Of a stretch of DNA of 64,000 bases, positions 1 through 12,000 are shown piece by piece. The notes under the pieces are model-generated. The model saw nothing but the letters and a program-made list of their open reading frames with translations. It had not been told where the DNA came from and ran no database searches. The DNA lies in contig JBFOMH010000006.1 in assembly GCA_040830765.1 (NCBI GenBank), positions 1 to 64,000 on the forward strand, given 5' to 3'. Numbering within the stretch: position 1 is the stretch's first letter; each line of letters starts with the position of its first letter. The translations under genes and the position numbers were made by a program. Source of the stretch: Puniceicoccaceae bacterium. Its GTDB lineage: Bacteria > Verrucomicrobiota > Verrucomicrobiia > Opitutales > Oceanipulchritudinaceae.

Positions 1-2
1 TC

Positions 3-3000
3 CCAGACCGCCTGGAGCAATTTGAGGACTCCCGCCCCAACAACGATGTTCGGCCCTTTGCTGCCGACCTGGGGATTGCTCCAGGGGTCCACCTGCGCGG
101 GGCCAGCATCAGCACACCCGGCGATGTCGACTACTATCGCTTTGAGCTCATCAAGCCGGAGATCCTTGAGCTCCTCCTGACTGGACATTCCGATTTTGCG
201 CTGACTCTTTATGACGCCAGCGGCCTGGTCGTCGGTGCCAAACCGGCTGGATCGGAACGCAAGCGACTGGTCACGGGCATGCTCCCGGCCGGCGTCTATT
301 ATGTCGGTATCGATGCACCGGACTCGGAAGCCTTTGATCCCTACGAGCTGGATATCAATCCGGGGACCGGCAGCTCCACCCGCGTCTTCTATCTTAACAG
401 TCCTTCGGCGCTTCCGCCAGACGTCCATAGTTTCTACAGCCTTGCGCCGGGTGATGACAGCTACACCGATGCCGGTCTGGATCCCAATCGGCCAGCAGCG
501 ACGATTGAGCGTATCATCTCCCTGCACAATCCATCCCCGGACGACATCATCCTTTTCGATACCGGGACCTACACGGATGCCCTCAGCCTTTCCGGTGCTC
601 CCGCAGGCATGACCCTTGGCGGTGCGCCCAACGAGCGGTTTGAGGATCTGGATCCGGCGGTGGTGTTTGGTTCCTACATGCAGGGCAGCGGCTCCAATCC
701 GGGCGGATCCATCGTTACTACCCAGAACCTGACCCTGGCCCGATTCATATTCGCCGATAGCGACACTGGTCTCAAAGTGACCCAAAGTGACAACTTCAGC
801 GGGGTTGGTTTGGCCTTTGAAAACAATGTCCTCGGACTGGACATTATCGAGTCGGACTTTGCCAGCATTTCGGATAGCTTCTTCAGCGGCCCAGGTGAAC
901 TGAATACCGGCCTGCAGGTCGCCAACTCCACCGGCTTCACTGCGACGGATAACGAAATGGTCCTCCTCGATACTGGAATGGCCCTCGTTAACACCAACGA
1001 TGCTTCTGTCGAGGGACTGGAAACCGGTGAAGTCGAAAATGTCATCCTCGCGGAAGGGGGTAGCGGCCTGTCCATTACAGGACTGGATCTTGAAGGCGCG
1101 GAAGTCACCCAAACCGACCTCGGCATTTCCCTCTATAACGGTAGCGGGCAGACGGCTATTTCTGTCACCCAGCACAGCAATCTTTCCATCAGCAATGCTG
1201 ATATTTACCGCTACGGTCTGGGCATGCGATTGATCGGAGTCAGCGGCGGAACGGTTTCCGGAATCTATACGGAAGAAGTCGATTCGTCCCTGATCGGGTA
1301 TGGACTGAGTGATCTCGGGATCAACAGTTCCGTCCTTGTGGGCTCGGAGGGGAACTATGCCGTCCTCATCGGCCAATCCGGTAATCAGGCCTCGCCGAGC
1401 AACAATGTCAGTATCACCCAATCCATGCTCGGCGTTACTCCACAAGAGGCTGGCCTCCAGGAACCCGTTCAAATAACCGCCCTGATTCAGGACGTCGGCG
1501 GACTGACGATCGATAACGTTACCCTTCACGGACATCTGGAAGTGCTTAACAGTACGAATCTGACCGTAACCAATAATTTTGTCTACAATGGGTCACTGCA
1601 TTTTAAAGAGTCGGGCAACCTCACCCTGACAGATAATCAGATCCATGCTGACTCAGGGGCTGATGTTGCCCGTGTCCGGATGGAGTTGGTATCCGGGGCC
1701 ACTGTCGAGCGAAACTTCATCGAGAAAATCACGCTGGACGAAGGGGAGGAAGTTACCGGCAAACTCCCCGGCATCGGGCTGGAGCTCGTTTCTTCTGACA
1801 CCATAACGATCGAGAACAACATCATTACCCGGATTGAGACAGGATTGCAGGTCAGCGGAACGCTCGAGGCACCTGCTTCCAATACCACCGTTGAACTGAA
1901 CAGCTTTACCACGGGAACAACCGGTATTTTCCTTGTCGATACCTATACCAGCGCCCTGGCATTCCTTAACAATGCGGTGGATGACTACACCGACACCGGC
2001 ATCCATGCTGTTGGAGCGGCCGAGTTTACCTCTAACCGGGTGGAAAATTCCGGAACGGGTATTCGCTACGAGGCCGATGTCCCGAGCCTCTTCAGTAACA
2101 TCGTTGAGAATAATGGCATTGGGATGACCGGCGGGGGGTATCTCGGCAATGATGACCGCTCCGCCAGTCGCTTCAATTTTGTCACCTTGAACGGCACCGG
2201 GATCCTGGCCGAGGGCGATCAGCAGGTCGGATTCAATTATGTCTGGGAAAACGGGATTGGTCTCCAGGTGACCGGCAATAATGTCACCGCCCATCACAAC
2301 ATTGTTCATCGCAATACGGACATCGATGTGCAGGTCACCGGAGCCTCGGGGACAGCCCTGTGGAACAACACCGTTTATTCAACGGGCACCTATGCCGTCC
2401 ACCTGACCGGCGATTCCGCCAACACGGACCTCCGGAACAACATCGTCTGGAATGACGGCGGTGGCACTGTTCTCGGGGTCGATTTCCGCAGCGGGGACGG
2501 CATCACCAGCGATTATAACACCTGGTACGCTTCCGGCGGCGCCGTCCTCTTTGAATGGATCAAGACCTTCGATGATATCCTCGACTGGCAGATTGAGCTC
2601 GGGCTGGACCTGAATTCACTCGGGAATACCCGCATTGACCCGACCCTCGACGAGCCGGCCTTTGTCGACCTGGCGAACAACAATTTCGAGATTGTCGACC
2701 TGACCTCGCGATCCATCAATTCAGGCGATCCCTCCTTTGACTTCTCCAATGAGCCCGGTCCCGACGGCGGGCCGAACGGACTCCGCATCAACCAGGGTGC
2801 CTTCGGGGACACTGCCCTGGCGGCCCTGTCAGCCAGTGCCTACATCCGGGTGTTGGCCCCGAATTACTATTTGGACTATACGCCCGAATTGGCCAAACGC
2901 ATCATTTGGGAATTCTTCAATGCTACGGGCAACGTCTCCCTCGAGCTGATTGAGGACGGCGTGGGAAAGGTGGCTGATATCGCCATTGTGACCGTGGGCA

Positions 3001-6000
3001 ATGTACCCGACCAGGTCTTTGACCAGCCCGCCAGCCACGGATCCTATTTATGGAGCCCTCAGATGAACAGCATCGCCGGCGACAATGACAAGCGCTACTT
3101 CATCCGTGTCACCTCGGCCGATGACAACAACCTGGTCGACGAGAACCGCGAGCCGTTCTCCATTCCGGTCACCTCGAATGCATTCTATGTCAATGATGCC
3201 TCAACCGCAGGCGATAAACTGACTACCGCCATGGGCGATAACCGGTACACCGGCAAGCTTCCCTCGACACCCAAGGCCATCCTGCCCGCCATCCTGCAGA
3301 ATTACTTCCTTGCCGCCAACCAGACGGTCTCTGTCGATACCGGCTACTATCTCCATTTGCGGGATATCCTCATCAGCTCTGCCGATGAACTGGGCAACAA
3401 TGAGGCCTTCACCCTGACCGGGCCGGCCGGCGATCCCAGCCAGGTCTTGTTTGACCGTTCCGACGAGCGCGAAGGATCATCCGGCCTTCTTCTGGATGAC
3501 GCGTCGTTCGTCACCATTCGCAATCTTTCCCTGACGGGTGGCTACCGTGGCATCGAGGCCCGTAACTTCAGTACTTTCCTGGCCCTTGAGAACCTCCAGC
3601 TTGATGGCCATACCGGCATCCAGGTCCATATCCATGATGGCTCCGAGCGGGCCACCCTCGACAACCTCCACCTCCTCAACGGGGGAGGGGACGGCCTCGT
3701 TGTCGATACCCTCCTGCAGTACCTGACCAACAGCACCATTGACAACCATCAAGGAACGGGCGTCTACCTGACGAATACCGGTAATACGCTCGTCCAGGGC
3801 AATATCATCCGCAACAGCCAGGATGATGGATTATACGTCAACAATACCGTTGGCTCGACCGAGACTCTGATAGGGCACGATGACCTGTCGTTGGGCCTTG
3901 GAAATATTCTTGAGGATAACCGCGGGACCCAACTCTATGCGCGGGGCAATACCAAGGTTGTTGGAAATGCGGTTACCCATACGGATGGGGGTGTTTCCGA
4001 TGGAACCGGCATTGGCATTTACCTCCGTGGTGTCGATGGACTGAACAATGTAGTTGGTGGTCACTCCACCGGGATATACGCGACCACCGGTGCGATTATT
4101 GAGGGGAACCGGATCTACAATAATACCCTCCGGGCTATCGGATTGAATGCCAATGCCGCCAGCGTTGAACGGAATGTCATCTATTCCAGCACCAGAGGCA
4201 TTGAGGACCTCACGGGTCAATTCACAGGCGGGGCAGTTATCCGCAACAACCTGATCCTCGACTTTACAGAATTTGCCTACAAGACCACTTTCACGAGCGG
4301 ATATGTTTTTGAGAATAACACCGTCTACAGCGTCCTTGGGGACGGGCTTGTAATCCGCTCCAGCACCGGTGGCACGGTCGTCAACAACATCTTCCACCTC
4401 GAAAACGGGACCGCCATAGACCTTGATTTTTCCAGCCAGGTGGACTTGGCCAGCGACTACAATATCTTCGACATGGCGGGAACAGCCTCGGTCGGCACAT
4501 GGGCGGGCGGTAGCCGGACATCACTGCAGGACTGGCGCAACGCGGCCTTCCTGGACGGGAACAGCCTGGCCATTGATCCGCTCTTCATCGATGTCGACGG
4601 GGCCGACAACAAATTAGGCTACGCCTCCCCGGAAGAGGATGGACGGGACGACAACTTCCACCTTCAGAGCACCGAGGGAAGCATCCGCAACGGGTCCCTT
4701 GCGCCGGTCATCGATGCCGGTTCCGGCCTGCCGGTCGTCCTTCAATCCTTCCGTGTCACAGATGCTTCCCAGTCACCGGGAATCGACCGGGGGGATGCCA
4801 CCTATTCCTTTGACCTTGAGCCCTCCCCGAACGGCAACTTCATCAACATCGGGGCCTTCGGAAACACGGAATTGGCCTCCCTGAGCCCGGTTGCCTATGT
4901 CCTCGTTACATCACCAAACGGCGGGGAGACCTGGCCCATTGAGCAGACCTTTACCATCGAATGGCGCAGCCAGGATTTCAATGGTTCCGTGGATATCCTG
5001 CTCATGCAGGAAGGCAATCCGACTCCCGTGGCCACCATTGCCAGCGCCACCGAGAACGATGGCAGCTATGATTGGGCCCTGACGAACAGCCTCACCCCGG
5101 CGGAGAACTACCGCATCGAGGTAGTGCGCAATGACGACCCGTCCGTCTCTGGACAGAGCCTTAATGTCTTCGCCATCTCCGAACCGATCAGCTTTTACTA
5201 TGTGAATGATGATTTAGTGGAGGCTGGCAACTATACCTCCGCTCCTGGTGACAACGCCAATGACGGACTCAGTCCCGCCACGCCCAAGGCTTCCATTCGG
5301 GCCATCCTCGATACCTACGACCTTGGGGAAGGGGATGTCATTCTTGTTGATGCCGGCACTTACGCCGTCACGACAAATATCTTCATCGAGGCCGAGGATT
5401 CAATGGTCACGATTCGCGGATTCAAGGCTCCCGACAGTTCTGATTTGCTGACAGTCCTTGACCGCGGTAATCCGGCTAGTGGCTCCTATGTTTTCGAGCT
5501 GACAGGAGTCGACGGGCTGACCATCGAGTGGATCACCTTTACTGGTGCCCATCGGGGTATTTATGCCGGGGTTGACCAGGCAACCAACCTGACGGTCAGT
5601 GAGAGTCACTTTATTCACAACGAGAATGCTGGCATTTTCCTCGATGGAGGGAACCGGGGCTTCCTCGCGGAGGGTAATTATTTCAAGGGAAGCGGCATCC
5701 TGAGTAGCGGGCAGGGAAGGCAAACGTCAGGAATCTTCTATGAAGGCTGGGAGGCGGAGATTCGCGGGAATTTGTTTGAACGCAATTACGGGGAGGCCAT
5801 CTATCTTGACCCTGACAATACCAGTGAGCCGATGGAGTTCCTGGTCGAGGGCAATACCATTGATGCGTTCCGGAACGGGATTGTATTGGGCCCTTCCGCA
5901 AGGGATGCGCTCATTCAGGACAACACCGTCTATAACAGCGAAGTTGAAGGCATTGACGCCCGCGGAGCACGGACAATCGTCACCAACAACACGGTATACG

Positions 6001-9000
6001 ACAACAACGTGGGCATTAATGTCATCTTCGGTGCAATGGCCATTGAGAACGTCGAAGTCCGTAACAACACCACTGGCATATCCGTGGGGCGCGACTCCAG
6101 TGCGATTCGTAATGTTGTCTATGACAATACCCAGGGCATCTACGGAAACAATGCGGCCACCTATGAAGACAATGTGGCCTATGGTAACGGGACCGGCTTC
6201 CGCTGGAACTACAATACCCTCGTATTTGGCAACGTCGCCTACAACAATGCCCGTGGGTTCCATGCTGATGGCTACATCGGCAGCAACAGCCAGTGGCGGG
6301 CCAGCATGTACAACAATCTCGCCTACGGAAATACCGAATACGCCATGAAGGCCGAGCGGACCGTTGGCTCGCCACAAATCACCAACAACACCTTTGTTCA
6401 AGCGGGTGTGGATTCCACTGCGGTCATTCTCGATTTCGCCCCGAATATCCGTTTCACCAACAACATTGTCGTCATTGATGCAGGGCAGGCCATGAGCGTA
6501 TTTATCAACAGCCAGCCAGGCTTTACAGCTGATTATAACCTTTACCATCTGACCGGTGGTGCCTCAGCTTTCCTCTGGGGTGAATTGCCGCTTTATACGC
6601 AGCTCGACTGGTTCTACAACGTCGGGGCTGATGCCCATTCCCTCTTCACGGACCCGCTTTTTGTCGACCCGCTGGGCGGCAACTATCACCTTGCACCCGA
6701 TTCTCCGGCCATTGATGCAGGCAATCCTGACACCCATTATCAACTGGAACCGGAGCCGGCGGGTGGCCGCGTCAATCTCGGTGCCTACGGCAATACCAGC
6801 GAGGCAACTGTCAGCCCGGCCCAGACTATACAAATCCTCAATCCGGTGGGCCTCGACAAGTTGCTTGAGGGCCAGCCGTCGACCATGGAGTTCATTACTT
6901 CCGGATTCCTCGATTCCCAGCAGGTTGCCTGGTACAATACAGGCAATACCGGTGTTGGATCCTGGATCCGCTTGCCCGGCGCAACTGGTGTCGCCCAGGA
7001 AAACATTTCCGCCTCCACGGCCATTGACTTGAGCAATGTTGAAAATCCCGCTCCCGAAGAGGTCTACCGGTTGAACTGGCGGACTGCCTCTGGTGTTGGT
7101 CAAAGCATGGACCTGGTGATCGATCTGCTCCCGGGCGACTACCGCCTGCGGATGCACTTTATCGATACAACAACGAGTGCTAACGACATTTTCGACGTCG
7201 AGGTCAATGGACAGCTGGTGCTGGATGACTACTCCGTCTTTGCCGCGGCCGGTGGTCGCTACATCGCGATTGTCGAGGAAGTTGATGTCACGATCGGGGA
7301 AGAGGGTAAGGCTGTCATTACCATTACCTCCGGCAACCGCTATGGCCGCATCGCCGCGGTCGAAGCGCTTCGGCTATATGGCAGCGGCTCGGCTGAGCCC
7401 CCCTTCAACGTTGCCGTGTCCTTTGACAGTGGGGGCAATTTCACCTCCCTGGCCAGCGGGGTGACCGTTGATTCCCGGGGTATCGCCACTGTGGACTGGA
7501 CGCCATTTGCCTCCACCAGCGGCCGGACTGCCCAGCTGATAGTTGCCAGCGTCGACACTCCCTCTGTAACCGGACTCTCACAGCTTTTCCTAGTGGCTAA
7601 TGACGGTAACAGCTACTACGTCAACGATGGCTCCCTTTCCAATGACGTTTACACGACAGCGATCGGTAACAACGCCAACAGTGGCAAGAGCCCCGATTCC
7701 CCGATGGCCAGTCTGGAAGCGCTCCTCACCGTCTACAGTCCACTTCCCGGTGATACCATCTACATCGACTCGGGCACCTACAACTTGACCCGCAACATTG
7801 TCCTCACCGCTGAGGAATCCGGGATCACCATCAAGGGAGCATTTGATCCGGATAACGATGGCGCGGAATCCGTCTTTGACCGCAACAACCAGGCCAACGG
7901 TGCTTATGGCATCGAGATAGCCGGGGCATCCGGAATCACGATCGAGCACCTGACGATAACCGACGCTTACGCTGGTATCTTCGCGGCCAATGAAGCTGCC
8001 CAGGACCTGACCATCTTGAACAGTAAATTCATCTTCAACGAGGAATTCGGGGTATCCATCGGTAGCGGCAACCTCAATTTCCTCGCAGAGGGGAATTTCT
8101 TTGCAGGCGATGGCACCTTCAATGTCAATCCACAGGATATCGGCTTGTTCTATGGCGGCAATATCGGGGTCATCCGGGATAACACCTTCGTGAACAACTA
8201 CCGGGTCGGACTCGATGTCGGAAGTCCCTCTCCCAATGTGGAAATGAATTACCTTGTGGAAGGGAATGAAGCCTCGGGCAGTCTCTATGGCATCCGGGCC
8301 GATGGTTGGGTCAATGACGCCCTTGTCCGCAATAATACCGTTTACGAGAACTCGACTGAAGGCATTGTCGTTAACGGCAACCGCTCGGTTGTGACCGGCA
8401 ATATCATCCACGGCAATAACATTGGGATCAAGGTCAATGCCGCCACGGCTATTGCCAACACGGAGGTCTACAATAACTCCATCGGAATTTACGTCGGTAC
8501 CAGTGGAAAGGCCATCGACAATATTGTCCGCCTCAATGCCGAGGGCATCCGGGTGTCGGCGGGCGCGGGCTACGAACTGGTTAAGGGCAATCTTTCATAC
8601 GATAACACCAACTACGGTTTCCGCTTCAATCACAGCTCCCACATTGTCGGGAATGTCGCCTATGGAAACCGTGGAGGCTTCTATGCCGATGATCTTGGCA
8701 GCAACAGCCAGTTCCGCGGGATCATGCACAACAACCTGTCCTATGGGAACAGCGAGTTTGCCCTGTTGTTGGAAAACACAAGGGGAGTCCCAAAGATCTA
8801 CAACAACACCTTTGTCCAGACTGATCCGGCAGCGACCGCCATCATTCTCGACCGGGCTGCCAATGTCTTCTTCCAGAACAACATTATTGTCGCCCGCGGA
8901 GCCACCGCACTGACGGTTCCGCTCAACAGCCAGGCTGGCTTTGATGCCGATTACAATGTCTGGGATGTTGATACCAGCCTTGCTCCCTTCATCTGGGGCG

Positions 9001-12000
9001 ACTTCACTTTCAGCGACCAGGCTGAGTGGTACTATGGCACCTCCCGGGGCGAGCATTCTGTATTTGCCGATCCGGTATTTGTCGATCCGGACAATGGCGA
9101 TTACCACTTGAAGCCCGGTTCACCGGGCATCGATGCCGGTGATCCGGAGTGGGGGTATGAAATGGAACCAATCCCGGCAGGAGGACGCCTCAATGCTGGA
9201 GCTTATGGCAATACGGCAGAGGCCACAACCAGTCCTGCCCAGACCATTACCATTATTGATCCTACCTTCCTCGCCAAGCCGCAGCAGAACAGCCAGACGG
9301 AGATCCGCTTCCATACTTCCGGATTCCTGAGGGAACAATCGGTCGCCTTCCTTAACGCGGGTGACGATTATATTGGCGGTTGGTTACCACTGGAAGACAG
9401 GAGTACCGGTGGAGCTGCCCTTGAACGGGTTATCGCGGTTGACACCGATGGCGTTATCAACCCCGCACCGCAATCGGTTTACCACCAGTACATGAGAAGT
9501 TCCTTCGGCGCTGGATCCCGGATTGATGTTCCCCTGGAATTGAATCCGGGAGAGTATGTCCTTCGCCTTCACTTTGCCATGGTCAATGGTGCCAATGCCG
9601 GACTCATGGATATTGAAGTGGATGGCGTTGTCGCCGTGGCTGGATACGACATTGATTTCCTTGCCGGTGGGACAGGAATAGCGGTTGTCGAAGAGGTAGC
9701 TGTGACCGTTGATGAGTCGGGTCAGGTTACCGTCTCATTTGTCTCACAGGAGAACTACGCCTACATCAATGCCATCGAAGTGGTCCGAGTGGATGACACC
9801 CTGGCCCCCGAGCCTTTATTCGATATCGATTTATCCTTTGATCGTGGAGAGAACTTCACCTCGCTGGCTACGAGTATAGCTGTCGATTCCCTCGGCATGG
9901 CCAGCGTGCCGTGGATCCCTGAAGCTTCCACGAATGGTCTGGATGCAGTCATCCGGGTCACTGGTCTGTCACAAGTTTTGGTACCCAACCAGACACCAGT
10001 TGAGGTGAGTGGTTTCTCGACCCCCTTCCTCGTGGTCAACGATGGCAACCGTTACTATGTCAACGATAGCTCGACTGAAAACGACGTGTTCACCAAGGCT
10101 GCCGGTAACAACCTCAACAGCGGCAAGTCTCCCTTCAGTCCAATGGCCAGCCTGGAAGCACTCTTCCTCGTCCATACGCCGAAAGCCGGGGATATTGTCT
10201 ACGTCGACACCGGTACTTACCTGATGACCTACAATATCCTGCTGACCGAGGGGAATTCAGGTATCACTATCATCGGGGCGAGCGATCCGGAAAACAGCGC
10301 AGTGGAGACCGTCCTCGACCGGGCCAATCTTAATTCCCCATCATACATTTTTGAGATCGACGGTGCGGATGACCTGACCATTGATTCACTGACCATCACC
10401 AAGGGCTACCGGGGAATCATGGTCTATGAGGGCCAGGGTGAGAACCTCACCATTCGCAATAGCCGCATCATATCCAATGTCGATGCCGGGGTGTATGTCG
10501 CCCTCTACAATCCGGGACTGTTGATTGAGGGTTCCCATTTTGAAGGCGCGCCGGGATTCAATGTTCCCAACCGGCAGGAGCAGGGTCTCGAGACTTTCTC
10601 GACGGACCTCATCATCCGCAACAGCACCTTCATCAATCACTACTTTGGAGCTATCAATTTGAACGACTCCAACTCCAGCACCCCGCAGGCCCTGATCCTC
10701 GACAGTCACTTTGAAGGCGGTGGCAGCGGTAACGGGATCGTCAATATAAACGAAGACTACACAGTTGTCCTCCGCTCTACCTTCGCCAATGGCGACTACA
10801 GTGGGCTTTACCTCCAGGGAGCCAATTCTGTGGTCCGGGATAGTGTGGCCTACGGTAATGACCGGGAGGGCTTCAATATTCGCAATAATGCTACCGCGGA
10901 AAACAATGTAGCCTACAACAATACGCGCGGCTTTTACGGAAACATTGGTGCAAAGCTGCTCAATAATGTTTCTTTCAATAATACCCGTGGCATGTTTACG
11001 AACCAGGGACTGGCGCAGGGAAATCGTGTCTATGGCAATGTTGAGTATGGCATCGGTGGTTACCTTGACGCGCAAATCATTGGCAACCAGGTCTACAGCA
11101 ACGATATTGGTATCCGTGGTTTCCCGTTTAATGCCGGGTTCAATTTGCGTCCGTTCACTGGCCGGATTACCGACAACCTTGTCTATGATAATGGCACCAC
11201 GGGTATCCACTTGGAATATGGGGCCGATTTTGTCCAAATCATCAACAATTCTGTCTACCAGCCGGCAGGTAACGCCCTCTACCTCCGGGAGACGACCTCA
11301 GCGTATATTTTCAACAACATCCTCTGGGTGGATGCCGGATTCGGGATCAATATCGATAGCACCAGTCTTGTTGAGGCGGTGAATATCAATTACAATCTCT
11401 TCAATCTGAGTCCGGATCCGAATGCCCGGATTGGGTTCCTCGATGAAACATTCCTCGATAACCTTGCCGACTGGCAGGGTTCCACCAACAGGGACTCCCA
11501 GAGCATATTCGGTGACCCGATATTCTTCGACATGAGCGGAGCCGACGACGTACAGGCCTACCGGGATGTCGACGGCATTTTCATCGATGGTGGTGAGGAC
11601 GACAATTACCATATTCAGAAGCTCAGCCCGGCAATTGACCGCGGCCATACCTGGTGGACCTCGAAAATCGACCTCGAAGGCGATTCCCGTCTGGATGACC
11701 CGGGAGTGGTCGACATCGGCGATGATCGCTATGTAATTGATTTCTCCGAGGGCAGTCTGTTCGACGGGGATCGCGGAATCGCCCAGGGATGGACGGTCCG
11801 ATGGTCGAAGTACACCTTCGATCTTCCCTTTGAATTTACGTTCTTCGGGGATACGCACACCCAGATAGAAGTTTCCACCTACGGAAATATAGCTTTTCCA
11901 TCAAGTAGGGCCAGTGACACTAATCACAACATTCCGACACTGCTCGACTGGCAGCTTCTCGCTCCCTTCTGGGCGGATGTCACGACAGACGCTGTCAGTG